Source: Actinomycetales bacterium (GTDB lineage Bacteria; Actinomycetota; Actinomycetes; Actinomycetales; Micrococcaceae). Taken from it: 48,971 bases of DNA. Within the stretch, counting starts at the first letter, position 1; the number at the start of each line of letters is the position of its first letter. A program made the position numbers and the translations under genes. The stretch covers positions 1 to 48,971 of the forward strand of contig JBIOFK010000001.1 of NCBI GenBank assembly GCA_044447065.1, given 5' to 3'. The notes beneath the pieces were generated by a model. That model was given only the letters and a program-made list of their open reading frames with translations. It was not told the origin of the DNA and did not search any database. Below, piece by piece: positions 18,952-29,902 of the stretch.

Positions 18952-20004
18952 CTATTTCGCGGGCGGCCGTCCCGTGGAACCCCGCAGCACGAGCGAGGTG
19001 ACCAGGGCGGCCGAGGGGAGCCGGCCGTGCGCCTCGTTGAGGTCGAGGAGAATACGCTGCAGGGCATCCTGGCCGGATTCATGCAGCGGCGAGCGGATGG
19101 TCGACAGGGGCGGAGTCGTGAAATCGGAACCGAAAATGTTGTCAAAACCCAAGATGCTCAGGTCGTCCGGTATGCGGATGCCGGCCAGCTGCAGTTCCTG
19201 CATGAGGCCGATGGCCATGAGGTCGTTATAGCAGAACACCGCGGTGGCGCCGCTGTCGAGCACGGCGGCGGCAGCCCGGCGTCCGCCGTCGAGCGTCGGC
19301 ACCCCGGAGGCGACCTCGCTCACTGTCAGGCCTGACCACCGGCAGCGGGCCTGGATGCTCTCCCAGCGCCGCGCCGACATCCAGGACCGTTCGGGTCCGG
19401 CAACATAGGCCACACAGCCGTGTCCCAGCGCCGCCAGATGGCGCACCGCGTCCGTGACCCCGACGTCGGTGTCCGCAACCACCGAATGCACGCCCTCGAC
19501 CAGGCGGTTGATGACGGAGACCGGCTTGTTCGCCGCGAGGTCCCGGATCTGCTGGTCCGACAGCCGGGGACTGGCAAGGATGATGCCGTCCACGGTGGCC
19601 AGCATGCGCCGGGCCGCGGTCAGCTCCGTGTCGGCAGATTCCGCGGACTCCGCGAGCACGAGGGTGTAGTCGCCGTCGGCGGCCGCCTGCTCGGCACCGC
19701 GGATCACGTCGAAATAGGCCGGGTTGGTGATGTCCGAAACGATCAGGCCGACGGTGCGGGTCCGGCCGGTCGGCAGGGCACGGGCAAAGACGTTCACCTG
19801 GTAGTTCAGCTCCGCGGCGGCGTCCTCGATGATCTTTTGCGTCTTGGCGCTCACCCTGCCGGGTTTCGTCAGGGCGCGGGACACGGTGGAGGGATTGACC
19901 CCGGCGAGCCTGGCGATGTCGTAGATGGTTGCCGCGGACTTGGCGCCGCGGACGGTTCCCTCCTCGGCGCCGGTCCCCGCCTGTGCCCTGCTGGTAGTGC
20001 TCAC
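18952..20004 (-). CDS. LacI family transcriptional regulator (LacI-1)
   Basis: Frame of ORF 18952..20034, with the start set at GTG 20004 (GGAGG 4 nt upstream). It has the HTH IYDIARLAGVNPSTVSRAL plus a periplasmic-binding-protein-like effector domain. Confidence 0.88.
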   Translation of the reverse strand: MSTTSRAQAGTGAEEGTVRGAKSAATIYDIARLAGVNPSTVSRALTKPGRVSAKTQKIIEDAAAELNYQVNVFARALPTGRTRTVGLIVSDITNPAYFDVIRGAEQAAADGDYTLVLAESAESADTELTAARRMLATVDGIILASPRLSDQQIRDLAANKPVSVINRLVEGVHSVVADTDVGVTDAVRHLAALGHGCVAYVAGPERSWMSARRWESIQARCRWSGLTVSEVASGVPTLDGGRRAAAAVLDSGATAVFCYNDLMAIGLMQELQLAGIRIPDDLSILGFDNIFGSDFTTPPLSTIRSPLHESGQDALQRILLDLNEAHGRLPSAALVTSLVLRGSTGRPPAK

Positions 20005-20044
20005 TCGTCCTCCACGTTCGTTGTCCCTCCACATCGTAGCCCGC

Positions 20045-20076
20045 GCCGGTCCGGCATTTTGCGGTGCCGGACCGGC
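20045..20076 (-). terminator. 12-bp perfect hairpin after the oxidoreductase gene
   Basis: GCCGGTCCGGCA-ttttgcgg-TGCCGGACCGGC, 50 nt downstream of the stop at 20126. Confidence 0.55.
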
Positions 20077-20125
20077 GGGCGGGCCGGCGGGCGGGAGCGG
20101 GACGGAGCGGGACGCGGCGGAACGG

Positions 20126-21292
20126 CTAGGCGCGCTCGGGGTACTTCCCTTCCTTGCGGATCCGCTGGTTCAGCAGTTCCAGGTATTCATCCTCGTCGAA
20201 GTCGAGCGGGACCTCGGCGCCCTTCCAGCTGGAGAGGTGGATGGCGTTGGCGAGCCGGACTCCGTTGATGCCGTCCGAGCCGGGGGCCAGCAGCGGCGTG
20301 CCGTCCAGGATGTTGGCGGCGAAATTCTCCAGCACGCCGGCATGCTGGGCGCCCCAGGCCGAGTCGAATTCGATGACCTCCTCGGTCAGGAAGTCGTCCA
20401 TGTCCAGCTGTCCGCGGAACAGCTTGCCCACGTCCTCCGGCCCCATGCTGTCGCTGAGTTCGCGTTCGGGCTTCTTCAGCCGTGTGACGGTGGCCCGTTT
20501 GCTCTCCTCCACGACAATCTTGCCCTGGTCGCCGAGGATCTCGAAGCGGTCCGTTCCTGTCAGGTCGTGGGTGGCGGTGACGAAGGTTCCGGTAACGCCG
20601 TTTCCATAGTCGACGACGGCGGTCACCTCGTCTTCCGTGGCGATGTCCCGGCGGAAGCCGTAGGAGACCTTGGCGAAGACCGACGTCGGTACTCCGCAGA
20701 TCCACTGCCAGAGGTCGAGCTGGTGCGGCGCCTGGTTGACGAGCACGCCGCCGCCTTCGCCGCCCCAGGTCGCGCGCCAGGCGCTCTGGTTGTAGTAGCC
20801 CTGCGGCCGCCACCAGGTGGTGATGATCCAGTTGGTCCGGCGGATCGCGCCGATTTCGCCGTTGTCGACGATCTCCTTCAGCCGCTTGTAGAGCGGGTTG
20901 TTCCGCTGGTTGAACATGATGCCGAAGGTCAGTTCCGGCTTCGTCGCCGCGAAGGCGTTGAGCTCCTTGACCTGCTTGGTGTACACGCCGGCAGGCTTCT
21001 CCACCAGCGCGTGGATGTTGTTCTTCAGCGCGGCAATGCCGATTTCCGGGTGCAGGTAGTGCGGAACGCAGGTGACGACGGCGTCCACGTCGCCGCTGGT
21101 GATCATGTCCAGGTAGTCGTCGTAAAACGGAACGTCCGGGTAGGTTCCGGCGGCCGCCGCCTTCTTGGCGGGGTCGGTGTCGCTGATGGCGCCGATAACC
21201 ATGTTGGGCACCTGGCCGCCGGTAATGAATCCGGCGTACATACTGCCCTGGGCGCCGAGGCCGATGATGCCGAGGCGGACTGGATTGCTCAT
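20126..21292 (-). CDS. Gfo/Idh/MocA family oxidoreductase (GFO-B)
   Basis: ORF 20126..21292: N-terminal Rossmann fold RLGIIGLGAQG, then EKP and the motif AWRATWGGEGGGVLVNQAPHQLDL of the GFO C-terminal domain. Confidence 0.88.
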   Translation of the reverse strand: MSNPVRLGIIGLGAQGSMYAGFITGGQVPNMVIGAISDTDPAKKAAAAGTYPDVPFYDDYLDMITSGDVDAVVTCVPHYLHPEIGIAALKNNIHALVEKPAGVYTKQVKELNAFAATKPELTFGIMFNQRNNPLYKRLKEIVDNGEIGAIRRTNWIITTWWRPQGYYNQSAWRATWGGEGGGVLVNQAPHQLDLWQWICGVPTSVFAKVSYGFRRDIATEDEVTAVVDYGNGVTGTFVTATHDLTGTDRFEILGDQGKIVVEESKRATVTRLKKPERELSDSMGPEDVGKLFRGQLDMDDFLTEEVIEFDSAWGAQHAGVLENFAANILDGTPLLAPGSDGINGVRLANAIHLSSWKGAEVPLDFDEDEYLELLNQRIRKEGKYPERA

Positions 21293-21338
21293 GATGGTAT
21301 CTCTTTCGTTGCTGGTTGGGGTGGAGGCGGGCCGGGTC

Positions 21339-22199
21339 CTAGAACAGGTCGCCGTGGCCGAGTGCCTTGAGATTGTCGTAGGAGGTCTGCAGCGCTTCCC
21401 AGACGGTGCGTCCGTACAGCTCGTCCTGCTCGACCAGGAGGTATTGCGCCCCGGCGGCTTTGGCTGCGGGGATGATGGACGCGAAGTCGAGGTTGCCCTC
21501 GCCGACCTCGGCGAACTGGACGACGTTGCGGAACTCGTTCATGAACGCCTGGAACTCGCCTTGCTCCAGTAGGGCGAATGCCGATTCGGGCAGCATGCCG
21601 ATCCGATAGTCCTTGAGGTGCACCATGGCGGTCCGGCCGGCGTACTTCTCGATCGTGCGCACGGGGTCCTGGCCGCCGCGCTGGACCCAGTGGACGTCGA
21701 TCTCCAGGCCTATATCGGGCGACTGGTCCGCGATGATGTCCAGCAGGTATTTGCCGTCAAATTTCGCGAACTCGATGTGGTGGTTGTGGTAGTACAGGCT
21801 GATGCCCTGGTCTTTCAGGCGGAGCGCGAAGTCGTTTGCCTGTTTGGCGAAGTCGATCACGGTGTCCACCGACTTCATGGCGGGGAACGGCAGCATGCCG
21901 ATGCGCAGCAGCGTGGTATCCAGCCGCCTGGCGTCGTCGACGATCTTGTCGAAGTCCTCGCGGAGCGAATCCCCCGGCCTGCCGACGGGTTTTTCGACCA
22001 TCACGGACAGGGCGGCGATGTCCACGCCCAGTTCGCTGCGGCTGCGGCCGAGCTCGGCGACGTTGTCCGCCGTCATCGGGATCTGCGAAATCTCCACAGC
22101 GTGGTAACCGATGTCCGTGACCTTACGCAGCGTCTCGAAGGCGCCGACCTCCGCGAAGCTGTCCTTGAGCATCATTGCCTGTACACCGATTGTTGCCAT
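21339..22199 (-). CDS. sugar phosphate isomerase/epimerase (xylose isomerase-like TIM barrel) (TIM-B)
   Basis: ORF 21339..22199: YHAVEIS, LYYHNHHIEF, IDVHW and VHLKD..EVGEGNLDF fit the AP-endonuclease-2/xylose-isomerase-like TIM-barrel metal-ligand pattern. Confidence 0.85.
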   Translation of the reverse strand: MATIGVQAMMLKDSFAEVGAFETLRKVTDIGYHAVEISQIPMTADNVAELGRSRSELGVDIAALSVMVEKPVGRPGDSLREDFDKIVDDARRLDTTLLRIGMLPFPAMKSVDTVIDFAKQANDFALRLKDQGISLYYHNHHIEFAKFDGKYLLDIIADQSPDIGLEIDVHWVQRGGQDPVRTIEKYAGRTAMVHLKDYRIGMLPESAFALLEQGEFQAFMNEFRNVVQFAEVGEGNLDFASIIPAAKAAGAQYLLVEQDELYGRTVWEALQTSYDNLKALGHGDLF

Positions 22200-22235
22200 G
22201 CTATTGGTCTCCTCTTGTGTGTTCGTCCGTGCCGG

Positions 22236-23134
<899 letters not shown>

Positions 23135-23138
<4 letters not shown>

Positions 23139-24982
23139 GATGAAACCTCCTCGGTCTGTCCTGCGGCGGTACCTGCGGCGACCAGCATGGTCATCGGTTC
23201 CTTACCCTCCAGCATGGAGTCCAGCAGCGTGCGGGTATAGGGGTCCGCGGGGTTGGACAGAATGTCCCGCACCGGGCCCTCCTCCACCAGCCTGCCGTTT
23301 TGCATGACGACGACGCGGTCACACAGATCCGCGACGACGCCGAAGTTGTGGGTCACCAGGACCACGCCCATCGTGTACCGGGCCTGCAGATCCCGCAGCA
23401 GATCCAGTACCTCCGCCTGCACGGTGACGTCCAGGGCTGTGGTGGGCTCGTCGGCGATCAGCAGGTCAGGATTGCAGCTGACCGCCCCGGCAATCAGGAC
23501 GCGCTGGGCCATACCGCCGGACACCTCATGCGGATAGGCCGCGAACGTCCGCTCCGGGTCGTTGATCCCCACAATGCCCAGCAGCTCCAGCGCCCGGGCC
23601 CTGGCCTGGCTGCGCGGGATTCCCAGCACCTTCACCATCGGACGGACCAGCTGGTGCCCGATAGTGAAATTAGGATCCAGGTTGCTCATCGGCTCCTGCG
23701 GAATGTAGGCGATGCGCTTCCCCCGCAGTGCCGCCATCCGTCCCTGCGAGAGGCGTCCGCCTTCCGCGGAGACGAGCGGGACCCCGTCAAAGACCACCGT
23801 GCCGCCGGTAATCTCCGCCTCGTCCGGCAACAGCCCGAGAATGGAGAACGCCGTCTGCGTCTTACCCGAACCGGATTCCCCCACAATGCCGAGCACTTCG
23901 CCACGGTCCACGTGCAGCGAAACGTCCGATACCACTGTTTTGATCCGGCCGCCGGGCTGCGGGTAGCCCACACCCAGCCCGGTGACCGTCAGCAGGTGCC
24001 CGGCCGAATCCGCGCCCGCACCGATACGCTCCGCACCCGTGTTGGTGTTGGCGCCGGTGGCGGCTTGGCTCGACGGACTCCGCCGGGCGCCCCGTTTGAT
24101 TTTTGCCGGCTTAGGTGAATCCTCCAACGCATCACGGAGAGCGTTGCCCAAGACGACGAAGGCCCCGATGGTCAGGGAAATAGCGATGGCCGGCCAGACC
24201 GCCAGAACCGGGCTGGTAAAGATGTTGATGAAGCCTTCGTTGAGCATCACGCCCCAGGTGGGAGTCTGCGGATCGCCCAGACCCAGGAATTCCAACGTGG
24301 CCTGGATGGAGATCGCGATGCCGCACACGATCGAGGTCTGGATGATCAGCGGCGCACGCACCACAAAGAGGATGTGACGGCCGATAATGCGTCCATTGCT
24401 CAGTCCCGCGACCCGGGCCGCGTCCACATAGAGTTCGTTGCGGACGGTCTGCACCGTGGTCCTGGTCAGCCTGAAAATCCCGGGGGACATCAGCACACCA
24501 AAGACGGTCATCGAAATCCACACGCTCTTGCCCAGCGCAGCACTGGCCGCCAACAGGATGATGATGGCCGGCAGGGACATCAGGACGTTGGTGAACCAAC
24601 TGGCCACCGAATCGAACCAGCCGCCGAAGAAGCCTGCCGTCAGCCCGGACGGAAGGCCGATGACCACCGCCACGGCCGCGGCAAGCGCCGCCGCGATCAG
24701 GGTGCTTCGAGCGCCCACGATCAGGCGGCTGAAGACGTCCCGGCCGGCACTGTCCGTGCCGAGCAGGTTCGCGCCGCCGGGGGTTTGCAGCGCAGTGCTC
24801 AGTGACGCATGGTTGGGGTCGAAGGGAGCCACGCAGGGTCCGATGATCGCCGCGATCACCATAATTGCCAGGAAAGTCACTGCAGCGACACCAAGCGGAT
24901 TACGCCACAGACGACGCAGGACGCCGCTTCGGGCGCTTTCTTCGAGCTGCTCGACTTTCAAGTTCGCAATAACGTCGGTCAT
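23135..24982 (-). CDS. fused ABC transporter permease (DppC/OppC-like) and ATP-binding (DppD/OppD-like) protein
   Basis: Frame of ORF 23135..25009, with the start at ATG 24982 (ATGA overlap with the upstream permease stop). The N-terminal ~290 aa are a multi-TM permease (LWRNPLGVAAV...). The C-terminal ~300 aa carry GESGSGKTQ, VSGGMAQRV, LLIADEPTTALD and DPYTRTLL. Confidence 0.88.
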
Positions 24983-25920
24983 GACACACGCGCCTTCGGA
25001 TTCAGCCAACCGACCACGAGGTCGACCAGCAGATTGACGATCACAACGATCAGGACGATGTACACCACAACGCCCATCAGTACGGGCATATCGCCCTGGG
25101 TCGTGGACTGCAGCGCCAAAAACCCCATCCCCGGCAGCGCGAAGATCTGCTCAATCACCACCACTCCGCCGAGCATGTTGATGAACTGCAGCGACAGGAC
25201 GGTCAACCCGGCCGGAGCGGCGCCGCGGAGCACGTGCCGGAAAAGGACCTCCCGCGGTGACAGTCCCCGGCTGCGCAAGGTGCGGACGTAGTCCTTCGAC
25301 AGCACCCCGATGGTCGCACTGCGCACCTGCTGCGCGGTGGAGGCAATCGCTCCGATCGCCAGCGCCACGACGGGCAGCACCAGCGATCCTGCCCAGCCGC
25401 CCGGGCTGTCACCCAGCGGGATATACCCGGTGGCAGGGAACCAGTGCAGGCTGATGGCAAACACCGTCACCACGACGATGGCGATCACAAACTGCGGAAC
25501 TGCGGCCCCGGCAATCGAAACCACCTGAAGCACCCGGTCCACCCAGCCGCGGCGCACGGCCGCGGCAATGCCAATCAGGGTGGAGAGAACGGCGACGATG
25601 ACGATGGTGACAACCACCACCGAAAGGGTCGTGGGCAGCCGGTCCAGAATGCTGCCGACCACCGGCTGGCTCGTGAACCAGGATGCGCCGAAGTCCCCGT
25701 GGACGATTCCGCCGAGCCAGTGCAGATAACGGCTCACCAGCGGCTGGTCCAGGCCCAGCTCAATCTGCTTCTGATGAACCTGCGCCTGGGTCGCGGTCTC
25801 GCCCAGGATATTGCGGGCAACATCGGTGGCGGAGAAGTACAAGAGGAAGAACGTCAACGTCGAGACGACGAAGAGAACAACAACACCGGAAACAATCCGG
25901 CGAATGATAAAGGAAACCAT
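24979..25920 (-). CDS. ABC transporter permease, DppB/OppB-like
   Basis: ORF 24979..25920: MVSFIIRRIVSGVVVLFVVSTLTFFL and the EAA-type loop region ...DYVRTLRSRGLS.... Confidence 0.9.
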   Translation of the reverse strand: MVSFIIRRIVSGVVVLFVVSTLTFFLLYFSATDVARNILGETATQAQVHQKQIELGLDQPLVSRYLHWLGGIVHGDFGASWFTSQPVVGSILDRLPTTLSVVVVTIVIVAVLSTLIGIAAAVRRGWVDRVLQVVSIAGAAVPQFVIAIVVVTVFAISLHWFPATGYIPLGDSPGGWAGSLVLPVVALAIGAIASTAQQVRSATIGVLSKDYVRTLRSRGLSPREVLFRHVLRGAAPAGLTVLSLQFINMLGGVVVIEQIFALPGMGFLALQSTTQGDMPVLMGVVVYIVLIVVIVNLLVDLVVGWLNPKARVS

Positions 25921-25985
25921 TTCTGCTCCGTAGTCAGCTGGTTCAGCAGGCCGCTGGGGTCCCGCAGCAGCGGGACCCCACCGAG

Positions 25986-27527
25986 CTACTTCTTTGGCGC
26001 GTAGTTATAGATAGAAGGAACAGCCTGCCGGGCCTGTGGGACCGTGGTGGTGTTCTTATCCGTGAAGAAGGTGAAGTCCGGCCGGTAGAACGGCGCGAAC
26101 CAGGCCTGGTCGGTGATGTACTTGTTCAGGTCCTTGGCGGCCTGGGCCTGGTCCGACTCGGTGCCCTTCTGGACCGCGTCGATGAACGAGGCGACCTTCG
26201 GGTCAGTCGTGTGGAACGGGTTGTAGGTCGCATTGGGGGTAAGGATCTGGTTGGCCGCCGTCCACGGGGAGCCTTGGAAGAGGGAGAACCATGCCACGGA
26301 CCACTTGCCCTGGATCATGCTGGAAATGAAGTCCGCCGCAGCTACATTCACCCAGTCGACCTTGATGCCCACATCGGAGAGGTTCTGGCCAATGCCGGCA
26401 GTCAGGGCCGGATCCATAAAGCCGGCCACGTTCGGCATGCTGACCGTGAAGCCGCTGCCGAAGCCCGCATCGGCCAGCAGTTTCTTGGCCTTGGCCGGAT
26501 CATACGGGTAGGCGCTGTCAAGGGTCTTGTCGTAGGCATCCGTGGTGGTGCCGAAGACCTGGCTGGTGGTGGTGCCCAGCCCCTTGGCGACCTGCTTGAG
26601 CAGGGAGTCCTTGTCAATGGCGTAGTTGATGGCCTGGCGGACGCGGACATCTTTCAGCGCAGGAACCATCTTGCCGTCCCGGTCATAGAACAGCAGACCC
26701 TGCCAGTCGGTGCCGAACTTGTATTCGGTCATACCGGCGTTCTTGGCCTGTGCCTCCGACTTGGCCGTCACCGTGGCGGCGTTGACCTGGCCCGACAGCA
26801 AGGCGTTCAGCGTCGCGGTGGTGTCCGTAATCGGTTTGACGACGATCTTGTCATAGACCTGCAGGGAGGGGTCCCAGTAGTCCTTGCTCTTGACGAAGGT
26901 ATAGGTGGAACCGGCCACCGTAGCCGAGGCATCCAGGGTGTAGGGTCCGCTGCCGACCGGAGCCGTGGCAATCTTGCCGGCGTCAATCGCTTTGGGGCTG
27001 GCAATGAAGCCGTCCGCGTTGGCCAGGTTGTCCAACAGCGAGGGATCCGGAGCCTTGAGCGTGAGTACGACCGTCGCGGGATCCTTGACGTCGACGCTTT
27101 GGACCAGCGCGATAGTGGAGGCATCAGGACCGTTACCGGTGCGGAAACGGTCAAGGTTGATCTTGACGGCGTTGGCATCAAGGGTGGTCCCGTCGCTGAA
27201 CTTCACGCCGCTCCGTAGGCTGAGCGTCAGCACGGTCTTGTCTGTGTTGTACTCCCATTTCGTTGCCAGCATGGGCACCAGGGAACCGTCCGGCTTCCTG
27301 CGCATCAGCGAATCGTAGACCGGCTGGTCGTACTGGAGATAGTGGCCAATGTGGGCCTGTGCCGGGTCGAACGACTTCACATCGACCAGGGCCGCAAGTG
27401 TCAGCGTGCCGCCGTGTGCCTGGCTCCCGCCGGGCGCGCCAGCATTGGAGCCGCCGCCGCAGGCGGACAGCGCGAGAGTGGCTGCCGCGAATGCCGCAAC
27501 AACTGCGGCTTTTGGACCTAACTTCAT
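25986..27527 (-). CDS. ABC transporter substrate-binding lipoprotein, family 5 (peptide/nickel/oligosaccharide type)
   Basis: ORF 25986..27527: lipobox LALSAC, then a typical SBP_bac_5 layout (LVPMLATKWEY..D..V.TL.LR.GVKFSDG, GSGPY). AGGAG RBS. Confidence 0.9.
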   Translation of the reverse strand: MKLGPKAAVVAAFAAATLALSACGGGSNAGAPGGSQAHGGTLTLAALVDVKSFDPAQAHIGHYLQYDQPVYDSLMRRKPDGSLVPMLATKWEYNTDKTVLTLSLRSGVKFSDGTTLDANAVKINLDRFRTGNGPDASTIALVQSVDVKDPATVVLTLKAPDPSLLDNLANADGFIASPKAIDAGKIATAPVGSGPYTLDASATVAGSTYTFVKSKDYWDPSLQVYDKIVVKPITDTTATLNALLSGQVNAATVTAKSEAQAKNAGMTEYKFGTDWQGLLFYDRDGKMVPALKDVRVRQAINYAIDKDSLLKQVAKGLGTTTSQVFGTTTDAYDKTLDSAYPYDPAKAKKLLADAGFGSGFTVSMPNVAGFMDPALTAGIGQNLSDVGIKVDWVNVAAADFISSMIQGKWSVAWFSLFQGSPWTAANQILTPNATYNPFHTTDPKVASFIDAVQKGTESDQAQAAKDLNKYITDQAWFAPFYRPDFTFFTDKNTTTVPQARQAVPSIYNYAPKK

Positions 27528-27625
27528 CGTTGGCTCCTGTTTTCGTGAGTAGAAGTGCCGGTAAGACGAGAATGTGTCTTACGACACATCAACCTCTGGA
27601 AATTAGAATACCGTCGTTGGCATCA

Positions 27626-27645
27626 TTTGGCAACCGATTGTCAAA
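27626..27645. promoter_or_regulatory. LacI-type palindromic operator, copy 3 (TTTGGCAACCGATTGTCAAA)
   Basis: 99 nt upstream of the SBP start. It is flanked by extra half-site-like TTGGCA (27617-27622) and TGACAA (27650-27655). Confidence 0.65.
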
Positions 27646-27742
27646 AGAATGACAATGAATTTCTTTTCCAACGAGCTATGCCCAGTGTTTAGCCGGTATT
27701 CGGAACTCGGGAAGGCGGCATCCGGCTGCCGCGCACCGCCTG

Positions 27743-28750
27743 TCAGCTGACGATATCGCCCAGGTCCGGGTAGTTCTGGCGGTAGAGATCCTTGATGATG
27801 AACAGCGATTTGGCGGCTTCGGCCGGGTCGATCCAGAACGCTCCCGGGGCCTGGAGCTGCGCATAGAAGTCCCTGATCAGCAGTTCATGGGACGCTCCCC
27901 AGTAGGCCCGCCAGCCGGCCTTGGCCGCGCGTTCCGGCACGACCTCGATGCGGCCGTCGGCGTATCGGACTGTCAGGTCGCCGGACAGGCTGAGCACGGC
28001 CTCCTCGGTCACGACCTCGAGGGTGACCGGGGAGTTGACGACATTCGCCAGCGTGGCGTAAAAGACGCTGCGGGCGCCGTTCGCATGGTCCAGCACCAGC
28101 TCTGCGGTGTCCTCGACCTCGATGGCGTCCCCCAGGACATGGGTCGCCGTCCGCCCGGTGACAGCACTCACCTCGCCCACCAGCCACTGCAGCAGGTCCA
28201 GCGTATGGATGGCCTGGTTCATCATCAGGCCCCCGCCCCCGTCGGCCCAGGTGCCGCGCCACGGGCTGCTGCGGTAATAGTCGGCCGTGCGGGTCCACTT
28301 AACAGTGGCGGAGCAGCCCAGCACGGCACCCAGAGTCCCGCCGGCCAGCAGCTCGTACATGGCCTGCGAGGTCGCGTTGTAGCGGTTTTGAAAACAGACC
28401 GCGATCTTCGCGGTGCTGCGCGCTGCCGCCTCGATCACCCGCCGCCCGTCGGCCGCGGTGGAGGCCAGCGGCTTTTCCGTCAGGACGTTCACCCCGGCGT
28501 CGAGGGCGTCCACGGCAAGGGCCGCGTGCTGCGAATGCGGGGTGCAAAGGTGGACCACGTCCGGCCGTACCGAGCTGAGCAGCTCCCGATGGTCGGCGAA
28601 GCCGGGTACTCCGTACCGGGCTGACGCCGCCGCCAGCCTGCCGCCGTCGACGTCGCAGACCGCCACCAATTCGGCGTCGGCGATGTTCTCCACCGCCTCG
28701 AAATGGACACTGGACACGTCGCCGCAACCGATGATTGCCACCCTGGTCAT
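27743..28750 (-). CDS. Gfo/Idh/MocA family oxidoreductase (GFO-A)
   Basis: Frame of ORF 27743..28771, with the start at ATG 28750 (GGAGAA RBS). RVAIIGCGDV, TEKPL and PWRGTWADGGGGLMMNQAIHTLDLL are present. Confidence 0.88.
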   Translation of the reverse strand: MTRVAIIGCGDVSSVHFEAVENIADAELVAVCDVDGGRLAAASARYGVPGFADHRELLSSVRPDVVHLCTPHSQHAALAVDALDAGVNVLTEKPLASTAADGRRVIEAAARSTAKIAVCFQNRYNATSQAMYELLAGGTLGAVLGCSATVKWTRTADYYRSSPWRGTWADGGGGLMMNQAIHTLDLLQWLVGEVSAVTGRTATHVLGDAIEVEDTAELVLDHANGARSVFYATLANVVNSPVTLEVVTEEAVLSLSGDLTVRYADGRIEVVPERAAKAGWRAYWGASHELLIRDFYAQLQAPGAFWIDPAEAAKSLFIIKDLYRQNYPDLGDIVS

Positions 28751-28832
28751 GCGTTCTCCTTCCGCGGGCACCGTCGCCCGTCCCTGCGTGCTGGCCGCCG
28801 GAAGCCCGGCGGCACCTACGTTGGCGTGCAGC

Positions 28833-29684
28833 CTAGGACAGCCGCACGCCGATTCGGTCGGTCAGGACCCGGAAGGCCCGCGCGGCCTCGCCGAACGCCA
28901 TCGGCCCGGAAAAACCACCGAGTTCATGGGCGCTGGCCAGATGGGGCTCCAACGACGCGAAGCCGGTGTAGCCGTCGTCGCGCAGGGCCGTCAGGGTCTC
29001 CAGGAGTTCTCCGTCGCCGTGTCCGGCTGGAACGACGTCCCCCGTAGCGGCCACGGCATCCTTGACCTGCAGGTATTCGAGGTACGGCCGGAGCAGGGCA
29101 TAGGCCTCGCTGAACGGCTTGGTCCCGACCTGGACGAAATTGGCGTTGTCCCAGGCGGCACGCAGCGCCGGCGAGTCCACGGACTCCAGCAGGTCCAGGA
29201 CCCGTTCGGGGGTGTCCCCATAGATGTCTTTCTCGTTCTCGTGCAGCAGGACGACGCCGGCCGCTTCGGCTTCCGCGGCCAGCAGCCTCAGCCGCTCAAT
29301 CACCGCGTCCCTGACGTCCGCCGGCTGCTGGCCCTCGGCGGGATAGAAGGAAAAAATCCGGATATAGCGGGCGTCCAAGGCCTTGGCGACGGCGATGACT
29401 CTGCGCAACCGCTCCACTTCGTGGCTGGGCGGGAGGCTGGCCGGGACCTTTCCGATGGGACTGGCAACGGCCGAAACCGCGAGGCCGGCGCCATCGAGGA
29501 TGGACTTCAGTTCCGCCACCCGGGACGGTTCCAGCTCGACGACGTTGATCCCCCAGGCGCTGCGCACCTCGATGTGACTTGCCCCCAGCGCCAGCAGCAC
29601 CGCGGCCTGTACCGCGGGGTCCGGATCCACCTCGTCGCCGAATCCGGACAGTGTCCAGCTAACGTCTCGGTTGGCAGTCATCAT
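28833..29684 (-). CDS. sugar phosphate isomerase/epimerase (xylose isomerase-like TIM barrel) (TIM-A)
   Basis: Frame of ORF 28833..29843, with the start at ATG 29684 (GGAGG RBS). IEVRS, YIRIFSF, LLHENEKD, YLQVKD and ASLEPH follow the TIM-barrel family pattern. Confidence 0.85.
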   Translation of the reverse strand: MMTANRDVSWTLSGFGDEVDPDPAVQAAVLLALGASHIEVRSAWGINVVELEPSRVAELKSILDGAGLAVSAVASPIGKVPASLPPSHEVERLRRVIAVAKALDARYIRIFSFYPAEGQQPADVRDAVIERLRLLAAEAEAAGVVLLHENEKDIYGDTPERVLDLLESVDSPALRAAWDNANFVQVGTKPFSEAYALLRPYLEYLQVKDAVAATGDVVPAGHGDGELLETLTALRDDGYTGFASLEPHLASAHELGGFSGPMAFGEAARAFRVLTDRIGVRLS

Positions 29685-29760
29685 CGGCCTCCAGCTCCGC
29701 GCCCCGCAGCGGTGGCGCTCTCTTCCAGTATTACCCCCGAGCATAGGCCGGTGGCACGGA

Positions 29761-29780
29761 TATGACAACCGATTGCCAAA
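29761..29780. promoter_or_regulatory. LacI-type palindromic operator, copy 4 (TATGACAACCGATTGCCAAA)
   Basis: Lies in the divergent region: 77 nt upstream of the TIM-A start and 123 nt upstream of the LacI-2 start. Confidence 0.65.
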
Positions 29781-29902
29781 TTGTTTGAAACGCGGTAGCT
29801 TTACAGGGCGGCGACTGTGCCGTTCATCACAGGGTTTCATCACGCAGGGGCCGGGGGCATCGACCGGCGCCCCGGACCCAGACGCTCAGAGAGGAGCGGT
29901 CC